DNA of 64,000 nucleotides from Escherichia coli (GCF_013315695.1 NZ_CP054353.1), one strand, 5' to 3'; positions 17,258 to 24,728 are shown, counted from the stretch's first letter. Notes: generated by a model from the sequence alone, not told the origin. Numbers and translations: made by a program.

Positions 17258-17305
17258 CGTCATAACGATGGGCCTTTTATGCCTGACGTTAGAAGAGTTT
17301 CTACA

Positions 17306-17329
17306 ACCCGCCGCCGAGCGGGTTTTTTA
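17306..17329 (+). terminator. tR'-like intrinsic terminator (target of Q antitermination)
   Basis: ACCCGC-CGCCGA-GCGGGT followed by TTTTTT. Confidence 0.8.
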
Positions 17330-17367
17330 TTGCGGAATTAATTACGGACCGTTATTATTCTGCTCCC

Positions 17368-17443
17368 GGCCCTTTAGCTCAGTGGTGAGAGCGAGCGACT
17401 CATAATCGCCAGGTCGCTGGTTCAAATCCAGCAAGGGCCACCA
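17368..17443 (+). tRNA. ileZ: tRNA with CAU anticodon, ileX/ileZ-like (tRNA-Ile2 by similarity; Met cannot be excluded)
   Basis: GGCCCTTTAGCTCAGTGGTGAGAGCGAGCGACTCATAATCGCCAGGTCGCTGGTTCAAATCCAGCAAGGGCCACCA forms a cloverleaf and resembles remembered ileX. Confidence 0.85.
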
Positions 17444-17450
17444 TCACAAA

Positions 17451-17530
17451 CCGCCATTAGCTTATCAGGAAGAGCAGACGACGCGATAACAGGGTTGTTG
17501 GTGCGGGGGCGGGTCCCCGATGGCGGTCCA
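17451..17530 (+). other. Degenerate tRNA-like element (possible decayed argN-type tRNA)
   Basis: A 7-bp acceptor helix (CCGCCAT/ATGGCGG) is followed by T-CCA. There is a D-arm-like TAGCTT..GAGCA and a GC-rich T-stem (CGGGG/CCCCG), but no canonical anticodon arm or T loop. Confidence 0.35.
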
Positions 17531-17543
17531 TTATCGGTATTCA

Positions 17544-17617
17544 GCGTTGTTAGCTCAGCCGGACAGAGCAATTGCCTTCTAAGCAATCGGTCACTGGTTC
17601 GAATCCAGTACAGCGCG
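17544..17617 (+). tRNA. argO: tRNA-Arg (UCU), no encoded CCA
   Basis: GCGTTGT-TA-GCTC-AGCCGGACA-GAGC-A-ATTGC-CTTCTAA-GCAAT-CGGTC-ACTGG-TTCGAAT-CCAGT-ACAGCGC-G is a canonical cloverleaf. Confidence 0.9.
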
Positions 17618-17730
17618 CTATATTCATTCTTCCAGATTCCTTCCGGCAGAGCCTTATACTGAAATATACCTGGCTCAGGATATTGTTGAAAATATTATAT
17701 GTTTGTCAAAAATAAAAGTTCTGTTAAGTA

Positions 17731-18084
17731 TTGATTGAGTGTTTGTTATACGGTCTAATGGTTTTTTCAGCATTAAATATTTATCATTCATATGGTGTGG
17801 GTAGAGTGAATATTGATGAGGCGTCGGGGTGTTTCATCCTTAGGCAGCGTATTGATATAGTCAATGCAGCACGAGCAAAGGCCTTCAGCCGTTTGACAGT
17901 TTTGTTCTGTACTCCTGATCGTCTTTCGGGAAGAGACGTTATTATTCTGAATAGTGATGCTATTCAGAGGGTTTGCGATGAGTTCATGGTTGCTAATTCA
18001 GAATTATTTGCTCTTGTTCAGGAGTACAACAGAATAGCCAGGACCTGTGGTATGGATGAACTTCGGATTACTCATCTGGGGTAG
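17731..18084 (+). CDS. Hypothetical protein (117 aa from TTG; 108 aa from ATG 17758), low-GC cargo
   Basis: ORF track entry. I recognise no family. A hairpin ATCACTT..AAGTGAT plus a T run follows the stop. Confidence 0.4.
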   Translation: MIECLLYGLMVFSALNIYHSYGVGRVNIDEASGCFILRQRIDIVNAARAKAFSRLTVLFCTPDRLSGRDVIILNSDAIQRVCDEFMVANSELFALVQEYNRIARTCGMDELRITHLG

Positions 18085-18345
18085 ATACATATCTGGATTA
18101 TCACTTGTTACGGTAAAAAGTGATTGCTTACTGTTTTTGTGAGTGGCATTGCAGCAGCCGGATAATGTCAGTGCTGGCTGACGGTGTGCTGGTGGCGGGT
18201 GTGGTGGTTGTTGCTTTCCCGTTGCTGAAAAAGAAAACGCCAGACTGTTAGCCGGGTATCAGTTAGCGGGAGAAATTTTTAAATACTTCACAATTCAGGC
18301 GGTTGACTGTTGTCTGGTTTGCGGGGAGTTTGTTAAAAGAAACTG

Positions 18346-18505
18346 GCATGGTGAATCCCCCTGTGCGGAGGGGCAATCAGCGAGTAGGTATATGGGATAA
18401 TCGCGGATTCAGGTGCTGGTACTGAATTCACCGGGAGGCACCCGGCACCATGCAATGGCACATAGCGCCACTCTCCAGCCCCTCTCCGGAGGGGCTGTTT
18501 ATATT
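18346..18505 (+). ncRNA. GC-rich multi-hairpin element ending in an intrinsic terminator (candidate structured RNA)
   Basis: A closing helix GCATGGTG (18346-53) pairs with CACCATGC (18446-53). Inside it are three hairpins: 18358-73, 18405-29 and 18431-45. A terminator follows: CAGCCCCTC-TCCG-GAGGGGCTG plus TTTATATTGATTTT (18476-18505). Confidence 0.4.
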
Positions 18506-18531
18506 GATTTTGTCAGATGTGAGTAAACTCC

Positions 18532-18867
18532 TTATGGACTTTGTTGTTTTAGTCCATAAGGACATATTTGCAGAGTGCAACGGTTATTAAAGCATTCATT
18601 CAATACGTTATCTGTATTTGTAGGACATTCCTGGCTGTTTTTGATTAAATTCCAGAATGTTTTATTGAATGGTGCTACGTTGTAAATGGTTACAGGTAGC
18701 ACTTTGTTATTGAGCATGATACCTGTGTGAGTCAGTGTAAATATACTTTCAGGAGGTAAGAAAGCATCCGATTGATACCAGATTATTAATTTTATTTTAC
18801 TCCATATGACTGAAAAAGATATTCCGCATGATGGCTGGATAACTGTATCAATCACAATCCACTTCAT
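18532..18867 (-). CDS. Hypothetical Cys-rich protein, 111 aa, low-GC moron on the strand opposite to late transcription
   Basis: An AAGGAA RBS lies 5 nt upstream of the ATG, and the gene has its own sigma70-like promoter. I recognise no family. Confidence 0.6.
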   Translation of the reverse strand: MKWIVIDTVIQPSCGISFSVIWSKIKLIIWYQSDAFLPPESIFTLTHTGIMLNNKVLPVTIYNVAPFNKTFWNLIKNSQECPTNTDNVLNECFNNRCTLQICPYGLKQQSP

Positions 18868-18905
18868 TTAGTTTCCTTGTTTATGTCTTGCTGGTGATGT
18901 TCTGA

Positions 18906-18934
18906 AAAGTATAAATGATATTTTTGAATGTAAA
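18906..18934 (-). promoter_or_regulatory. Promoter of the 111-aa moron (TTTACA-N17-TACTTT)
   Basis: On the reverse strand the -35 lies at 18929-18934 and the -10 at 18906-18911. Confidence 0.5.
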
Positions 18935-19127
18935 CCATAGAGCAGAATTATTTTTCTGATGTTGTTTATTGTTTATTTAAATGCAGGGTGGTTTATATCT
19001 CGTCTTGTAGTTTATCCATGCATATCTGCTTGATGATGAGGTTTTTATTTAAGGTATGGTTTTGTGTTTTTTCTGTATTACATGTCAGGTATTTTAAAGA
19101 ATTATTTTTCAGATGGTGGAAAGAACC

Positions 19128-21089
19128 ATGGCATTTAAACACTATGATGTTGTCAGGGCGGCATCGCCGTCAGACCTTGCGAAACGACTGACACAAAAAC
19201 TGAAGGAGGGGTGGCAGCCATTTGGCAGTCCGGTGGCCATCACGCCTTATACCCTGATGCAGGCCATTGCGGCGGAAGGTGATGTCACCACACCTGTGGT
19301 GGTGAAGCCGTCGGATGGAGAAGGCGCAGTTATCAGCAACACCAGCAACCCGGAGTATTACTTTGTTGTTGCCCTGGCCGGGCAGTCAAACGGTATGGCG
19401 TATGGTGAAGGGCTTCCGCTGCCGGAGACATATGACCGTCCGGACCCGCGTATTAAACAGCTGGCGCGTCGCAGCACTGTCACGCCGGGTGGTGCGTCCT
19501 GTAACTACAATGACATTATTCCTGCGGACCACTGCCTGCATGATGTTCAGGATTTGAGTAAGTTTTCACACCCGAAAGCCAGCGCAGCTCAGTATGGATG
19601 CGTGGGGCAGGGATTACATATCGCGAAGAAATTGTTGCCGTTTATTCCGGCGAATGCCGGTATTCTTCTGGTTCCGTGCTGCCGTGGTGGTTCTGCATTT
19701 TTGGCGGGCGATGAAGGTACCTTCAGCGAATCCACCGGCGCAAGCGAGACCTCGGCACGCTGGGGTGTAGATAAGCCACTGTACAAGGACCTGCTTACCC
19801 GTACTCAGGCCGCACTGAAGGCCAACCCTAAAAATATTCTGCTTGCAGTGGTCTGGATGCAGGGCGAGTTTGATTTGAAACAGGGTGCATACGCCACTCA
19901 GCCGGGGCTGTTTGATTCCATGGTGGAAAAATATCGTTCTGACCTGTCGGAATTCGGAGGTCAGTGTCTCGGGGGCTCTCCGTCATCAGTTCCCTGGATT
20001 TGTGGCGACACGACCTACTACTGGAAGCAGACTTATTCTTCGCAATACGATGCGGTGTATGGTGCATATAAGACGAAATCCGCAAAAAAAATCTTCTTTG
20101 TGCCGTTTATGACGGATGAAAACGGGCGAAATGTGGGTACCAACGAGCCGTCAGAAGATCCGGATGTTGCGGATATTGGGTATTACGGAGCCGGTGGTCG
20201 AACGGACGCCAAAACCTGGACGACGGCTGACCGTAAAACGCATTTTGGATCATGGGCACGTCGTGGGATTATTTCCGACCGTCTGGCAACGGCGATTCTT
20301 GTGCATGCCGGGAGAACCGCTGAATTCATTACCGGAAAACAGCCTGATACGGTGAAGCCCACCGGACCTTCCGGTGAAGGTACGGAGAGAGAGCCGGAAG
20401 GTCCGGTCAGTAACCGAACCCTGATGAGTCTGCTGGCGTCCGGCGAAGACCTGGCATCACAGGGCTGGCGCTATTATCACAAACCGGCGAGCGGAGACAA
20501 TGTTAACAAAAACATTGCTGAAGCGGTGGTCAGTGATGCGGGGGCTACGGGAGGTAAGGCCCTGCAACTGAATAAACCGGAAAACCACATCTGGTTTCTG
20601 GAGCATGATGCAGCCGGGCAGGGGGCAGAGTTGCTGAAGAAAGGAGGACGTGTGAGCGTACGGTTTAAGTTGCCGGGTTCACTGGTGCCGAATCAGTTTG
20701 CCCTGGGCATTTACTGGCAGTTGTCGTCCCTGCCGGAGGGAGTGACGCTGGCAGAGGAAGGCAACGACATGCTGATGTCCTTCTTTCTGCAGACGGATGC
20801 GACGAACCTGAACGCGATGCACCACAAGAAGCCGAATGCGAAGCTGGAAACGTTCGGGGTCTTTGATAACGGATGGCACACACTGGCTTTTGAGTTTGCC
20901 GGAAACAACAGCATTCAGGTGACGCCGGTACTGGATGAGAAACGGGGGACGCCGTTCACACTGGTGAAATCTCCGGCATCAGGGGCGGCGGACAAACTGC
21001 AACTGACAGGCATATCAAAGGCGGCGACATATACGCTGCTGATTGACAGTGTGAAGGTGGAAGTGAACAACGCGGATGCCGCGGCATGA
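19128..21089 (+). CDS. nanS-p: Prophage sialate O-acetylesterase NanS-p (DUF1737 N-terminus plus SGNH/SASA esterase plus C-terminal lectin-like domain), 653 aa
   Basis: MAFKHYDVVRAASPSDLAKRLTQKLKEGWQPFG is the DUF1737 region, and ALAGQSNGMAYG is the catalytic GQSN block. This is the usual position of nanS-p downstream of stx in Stx phages. Confidence 0.85.
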   Translation: MAFKHYDVVRAASPSDLAKRLTQKLKEGWQPFGSPVAITPYTLMQAIAAEGDVTTPVVVKPSDGEGAVISNTSNPEYYFVVALAGQSNGMAYGEGLPLPETYDRPDPRIKQLARRSTVTPGGASCNYNDIIPADHCLHDVQDLSKFSHPKASAAQYGCVGQGLHIAKKLLPFIPANAGILLVPCCRGGSAFLAGDEGTFSESTGASETSARWGVDKPLYKDLLTRTQAALKANPKNILLAVVWMQGEFDLKQGAYATQPGLFDSMVEKYRSDLSEFGGQCLGGSPSSVPWICGDTTYYWKQTYSSQYDAVYGAYKTKSAKKIFFVPFMTDENGRNVGTNEPSEDPDVADIGYYGAGGRTDAKTWTTADRKTHFGSWARRGIISDRLATAILVHAGRTAEFITGKQPDTVKPTGPSGEGTEREPEGPVSNRTLMSLLASGEDLASQGWRYYHKPASGDNVNKNIAEAVVSDAGATGGKALQLNKPENHIWFLEHDAAGQGAELLKKGGRVSVRFKLPGSLVPNQFALGIYWQLSSLPEGVTLAEEGNDMLMSFFLQTDATNLNAMHHKKPNAKLETFGVFDNGWHTLAFEFAGNNSIQVTPVLDEKRGTPFTLVKSPASGAADKLQLTGISKAATYTLLIDSVKVEVNNADAAA

Positions 21090-21240
21090 TAAAAAAAGGC
21101 CGCCAGCAATGAAGGAAAGGGATGAACTGTGTCCACTACATGAATGCTGGCGGCTGGTAAAACGACCACGATGACACCGAAGTTTGCGATATTTTTCTAC
21201 AAAAATAAGTAAATCATGTCAACTATCACGGTGAGAAACC

Positions 21241-21423
21241 ATGACATTTCTGAACCAGTTAATGCTGTACTTCTGTACGGCAGTCTGTGTTATGTATCTT
21301 CTTTCGGGTGGGTACAGGGCAGTGCGCGATTTCTGGCGCAGGCAGATTGATAAAAGGGCCGCTGAGAGAATCAGCGCCAGTCAGTCAGCCGGAAGCAAAC
21401 CCGAAGATCCGCTCATTCCGTAG
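21241..21423 (+). CDS. Small single-pass membrane protein, 60 aa
   Basis: ORF track entry with a hydrophobic N-terminus (LMLYFCTAVCVMYLLSGG). Confidence 0.45.
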   Translation: MTFLNQLMLYFCTAVCVMYLLSGGYRAVRDFWRRQIDKRAAERISASQSAGSKPEDPLIP

Positions 21424-21460
21424 TCACTTTCTTGACAACACCTTTCAACGAGAAAATCCC

Positions 21461-21706
21461 ATGTCAGAAATCACATCCCTGGTCACTGCTGAGGCAGTGA
21501 AGGAAGTCCTGCGCTCTGAAGAAGTCCTGAGCGCACTGAAACAGAAACTCCGCCAGAACCTTGAGTCGCGTCTTGATGCAGAAGTGGATGCCATTCTGGA
21601 TGAGCTGCTGGGCGTACCAGCGGTTCCGGAGCCGGAAGGTATCGCGGGTGACGGGAGTGCTTCAGATGGCGGTGAACCCACACCTGACAGCGACATGATG
21701 ATGTAA
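21461..21706 (+). CDS. Hypothetical acidic protein, 81 aa
   Basis: Internal ATG of ORF 21287..21706, giving [32 protein letters not shown]... Confidence 0.4.
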   Translation: MSEITSLVTAEAVKEVLRSEEVLSALKQKLRQNLESRLDAEVDAILDELLGVPAVPEPEGIAGDGSASDGGEPTPDSDMMM

Positions 21707-21782
21707 GCCTGCGCAAGGGACCATCGGTGTGTGCCGGTGGTCTTTATATTGTTGTGAGCTTCCGGATAACGGGAGACGGGGT

Positions 21783-21998
21783 ATGTACCAGATGGAAAAA
21801 ATCACAACAGGTGTGTCATACACCACGTCAGCGGTGGGAACGGGCTACTGGTTCCTGCAGTTGCTGGACAGGGTTTCCCCGTCTCAGTGGGCGGCAATAG
21901 GCGTGCTGGGGAGTCTGCTGTTTGGGCTGCTGACATATCTGACTAACCTGTATTTCAAAATCAGAGAGGACCGGCGTAAGGCGGCGCGGGGAGAGTAA
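21783..21998 (+). CDS. S: Pinholin, phage 21 S21-like, 71 aa, with a dual-start motif (M1/M4)
   Basis: [71 protein letters not shown] aligns with remembered S21. Confidence 0.88.
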   Translation: MYQMEKITTGVSYTTSAVGTGYWFLQLLDRVSPSQWAAIGVLGSLLFGLLTYLTNLYFKIREDRRKAARGE

Positions 21999-22002
21999 AG
22001 TG

Positions 22003-22893
22003 ATGAATAAAAAATATGAACTGGTTGTTAAGGGGATAAATAATTACGGGGATAAGGTTACTGTTACTGTGAAGCCGGAAGGTGACGGGCAAGCGTCGCT
22101 GTTGTTGCCAGATGTGGCGATTAGTCTTGACCGTACTGAAGGTGCCACGCTGGAGTTTTACGAAGCTGAGGCGAAAAAGCAGGCGAAGCAGTTTTTCATG
22201 GATGTTGCTGCCGGGTTATGTGAATGGAACGAACCGTTGCCGGAAAAGCGCCCCGTAATTTTAGAGGCGCAGGATGTGTTGATAACCTACAAAGGAAAGC
22301 TACCGGGAAGAATTACTTGTTCTCTGAAGATGCCGCCGTCAACACTGCGGTCAGAAAAAGATGATGTTGAATCACGTATTGAAAAACTGGAGAGCTACGT
22401 CGTTGAGCTGAATAAGAAATGGTCGATATTGGTGCCTTCTGGCGATGAAAAGCAGTTTGCTGCGTTTGACGATTATTGTCGGAAAGTGATGAGCAGAAAT
22501 CTCGCAGAGTGTTTCAGTATTCATAATGATAATTTCAGTGAGCTGGAATGGGAGTGTAACCGGCCATCCTTTGTTGTATCCGGTGATGCTGGGAAAATAA
22601 CCATCTCAGAAAATGGGAAAGTAACACCTCCATCGCACCAGCACAGTGAGGAGCTCATTGAATTTGCCATTGATTACCTGAAGAACAATAAAAAGCAGGG
22701 GCTGATGAAGCGCGTTGGCCGTTGCATGGGATATCTTCAGGTAGCCGCTGAGATTGAAGCGCTGGCCAGTGGTGCTGATAAGGATGCAATTGTGCGGGAG
22801 GCTCTTCTTCGTGATTTTAATACTCCACCCTTTAAAAAAGTGCCGGCTTACTGGCTTCATCCGGGGCTGACTTATCTTAAAGTGCGTATTTAG
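22003..22893 (+). CDS. Hypothetical soluble protein, 296 aa, inserted between holin and endolysin
   Basis: ORF track entry. It starts 4 nt after the holin stop, has no predicted TM segment, and I recognise no family. Confidence 0.65.
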   Translation: MNKKYELVVKGINNYGDKVTVTVKPEGDGQASLLLPDVAISLDRTEGATLEFYEAEAKKQAKQFFMDVAAGLCEWNEPLPEKRPVILEAQDVLITYKGKLPGRITCSLKMPPSTLRSEKDDVESRIEKLESYVVELNKKWSILVPSGDEKQFAAFDDYCRKVMSRNLAECFSIHNDNFSELEWECNRPSFVVSGDAGKITISENGKVTPPSHQHSEELIEFAIDYLKNNKKQGLMKRVGRCMGYLQVAAEIEALASGADKDAIVREALLRDFNTPPFKKVPAYWLHPGLTYLKVRI

Positions 22894-22929
22894 TGGGCCA
22901 GGGACAGCGGCTGAATATTTAATATATCC

Positions 22930-23463
22930 ATGAACACCAAAATCAAATACGGCCTGTCGGCTGCCGTTCTGGCGCTGATTGCCGCTGGTGCGCCTGCGCC
23001 TGACATTCTCGACCAGTTTCTGGATGAAAAGGAAGGCAACCACACCACAGCATACCGTGATGGTGCAGGTATCTGGACCATCTGCCGTGGTGCCATCATG
23101 GTGGATGGCAAACCTGTCGTTCCGGGCATGAAGTTGTCGAAGGAAAAATGCGACCAGGTTAACGCCATTGAGCGTGATAAAGCGCTGGCGTGGGTGGAGA
23201 AAAACATCAGAGTGCCGCTGACCGAACCCCAGAAAGCGGGGATCGCGTCATTCTGTCCGTACAACATTGGTCCCGGTAAGTGTTTCCCGTCGACGTTTTA
23301 TAAACGAATTAATGCAGGTGATCGCAGGGGAGCGTGTGAGGCGATTCGCTGGTGGATTAAGGACGGTGGCAGAGACTGCCGTATCCGCTCAAACAACTGT
23401 TATGGTCAGGTATCCCGTCGTGACCAGGAGAGCGCGCTGGCGTGCTGGGGAATCGACAGATAA
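22930..23463 (+). CDS. R: SAR endolysin (T4-lysozyme-like, GH24), 177 aa
   Basis: The Gly/Ala-rich N-terminal signal-anchor-release segment is GLSAAVLALIAAGA. The catalytic spacing E-x8-D-x5-T lies in EGNHTTAYRDGAGIWT. Confidence 0.88.
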   Translation: MNTKIKYGLSAAVLALIAAGAPAPDILDQFLDEKEGNHTTAYRDGAGIWTICRGAIMVDGKPVVPGMKLSKEKCDQVNAIERDKALAWVEKNIRVPLTEPQKAGIASFCPYNIGPGKCFPSTFYKRINAGDRRGACEAIRWWIKDGGRDCRIRSNNCYGQVSRRDQESALACWGIDR

Positions 23464-23553
23464 GCAGAATATTTTGCTGAAAAATAAGGCATGGCCACGC
23501 GGGCGGATAACACGAAATCCTGCGAACTGGCGAAACGTAAGTGAATAAAAGTA

Positions 23554-23590
23554 AAAACCCCGTTTGTTGGCACCAAGCGGGGTTTTGTGT
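23554..23590 (+). terminator. Intrinsic terminator-like hairpin between the endolysin and the downstream lysis genes
   Basis: AAAACCCCG-(15 nt)-CGGGGTTTT followed by GTGTTT. Confidence 0.6.
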
Positions 23591-23619
23591 TTCTGACCTT
23601 GAGTAAGGCAAGGGAGAAC

Positions 23620-23802
23620 ATGGCGAAGTATAAACGAATTCTGTTGAGGTTGACTATGAAAAACGGCCTTGAACTGAAAGCGCCTGTAACTGATGACATC
23701 AGCAGAGCACTGGCTTTTGCCATTAAGTGGGTGGCGGTCGGTGTTGCTGTGTCCCCGATGCTGTATGGGCTGGCAAAACTGGTCATTGCGTTGAAATCAT
23801 GA
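23620..23802 (+). CDS. Small protein with a C-terminal TM helix, 60 aa
   Basis: An AAGGGAGAAC RBS precedes the ATG. The translation is [60 protein letters not shown]. Confidence 0.5.
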   Translation: MAKYKRILLRLTMKNGLELKAPVTDDISRALAFAIKWVAVGVAVSPMLYGLAKLVIALKS

Positions 23803-23816
23803 AGGGAGGATTAAGC

Positions 23817-23948
23817 ATGCCAGACAAACTCATAACGCTGGCGAAGATCCTCTGTGTAATTGTCGGCATTTCATTTTCACTAATGCTGGTTGCTCTTTTT
23901 CTTTCCATGGCCTGGATGATGTTGTCTTCGTCGGGGTTGCTGGGGTGA
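23817..23948 (+). CDS. Tiny single-pass membrane protein, 43 aa
   Basis: A strong AAGGGAGGA RBS lies 6 nt upstream. The translation is [43 protein letters not shown]. The stop overlaps the Rz GTG start. Confidence 0.5.
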   Translation: MPDKLITLAKILCVIVGISFSLMLVALFLSMAWMMLSSSGLLG

Positions 23949-24418
23949 ACATAAACCGAATGCTTTCCGCGTTTATCGTTATTCTGCTGGTGGCCTGTGG
24001 TGCGCTGTGGATGGCAACAGACCATTACCGTGATAACGCGATTACCTACAAAGCGCAGCGCGATAACAAAGCCAGTGAACTGAAGCTGGCGAACGCAACC
24101 ATTACTGATATGCAGGTGCGCCAGCGCGATGTTGCTGCGCTCGATGCAAAATACTCGAGGGAATTAGCCGATGCGAGAGCTGAAAATGAAACTCTTCGCG
24201 CTGACGTTGCCGCTGGTCGTAAGCGCCTGCGGATCAACGCCACCTGTCCAGGCTCCGTGCGTGAAGCCCCCACCACCTCCGGCGTGGATAATGCAACCGG
24301 CCCCCAACTGGCAGACACCGTTACACGGGATTATTTCACCCTCAGAGAGCGGCTGATGACGATGCACAAGCAACTGGAAGGGGCACAGGACTATATCCGC
24401 ACTCAGTGCCTGAAATAA
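23945..24418 (+). CDS. Rz: i-spanin Rz, 157 aa
   Basis: It aligns with lambda Rz (..[34 protein letters not shown]..). Confidence 0.9.
   Translation: MNINRMLSAFIVILLVACGALWMATDHYRDNAITYKAQRDNKASELKLANATITDMQVRQRDVAALDAKYSRELADARAENETLRADVAAGRKRLRINATCPGSVREAPTTSGVDNATGPQLADTVTRDYFTLRERLMTMHKQLEGAQDYIRTQCLK
24171..24356 (+). CDS. Rz1: o-spanin Rz1 lipoprotein, embedded in the +1 frame of Rz, 61 aa
   Basis: It has the lipobox LVVSAC and the proline-rich [14 protein letters not shown] stretch, as in lambda Rz1. Confidence 0.9.
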   Translation: MRELKMKLFALTLPLVVSACGSTPPVQAPCVKPPPPPAWIMQPAPNWQTPLHGIISPSESG

Positions 24419-24728
24419 GTTTTGTTGATGCGCCGTATCGTCGCTATATTCCCTCATTAACAGAGACCGCAGCCCGACAGGGAGACTCCTCTGCGCGAGT
24501 GTGCGGGGATAATTAAAAACGATGCTCACCGGGTTTTTACCGCGTTAATGATTCGCGGGTTTATCCCGGTGCGATGGTGGAAGAAACAGGAAGCTGTATT
24601 ACAGAAAGTGCTACTACTGTATCCCGATGCGATGTATGTAATGTGAGTCAGATAATGGCACAGGATGTGGTGATGTGGCAGTCTGGAACACAGGATATAT
24701 TGTCAGAATAAGACCCGTAGGAATAAAA

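Noticed and set aside
18188-18195. Chi octamer GCTGGTGG (another copy lies near 15197-15204).
   Set aside because: Single Chi sites occur every few kb in E. coli DNA. I saw no clustering or orientation pattern that stands out.
17618-19127. I searched for stxA/stxB-like ORFs in the canonical Stx slot.
   Set aside because: No ORF with an A-subunit (about 315 aa) or B-subunit (about 89 aa, signal peptide) character is present. This is not an Stx-converting prophage.
21095-21155. Long inverted repeat GGCCGCCAGCA...TGCTGGCGGC after nanS-p.
   Set aside because: The loop of about 37 nt and the lack of a U tract make it a weak terminator candidate. I saw no further evidence for a specific function.
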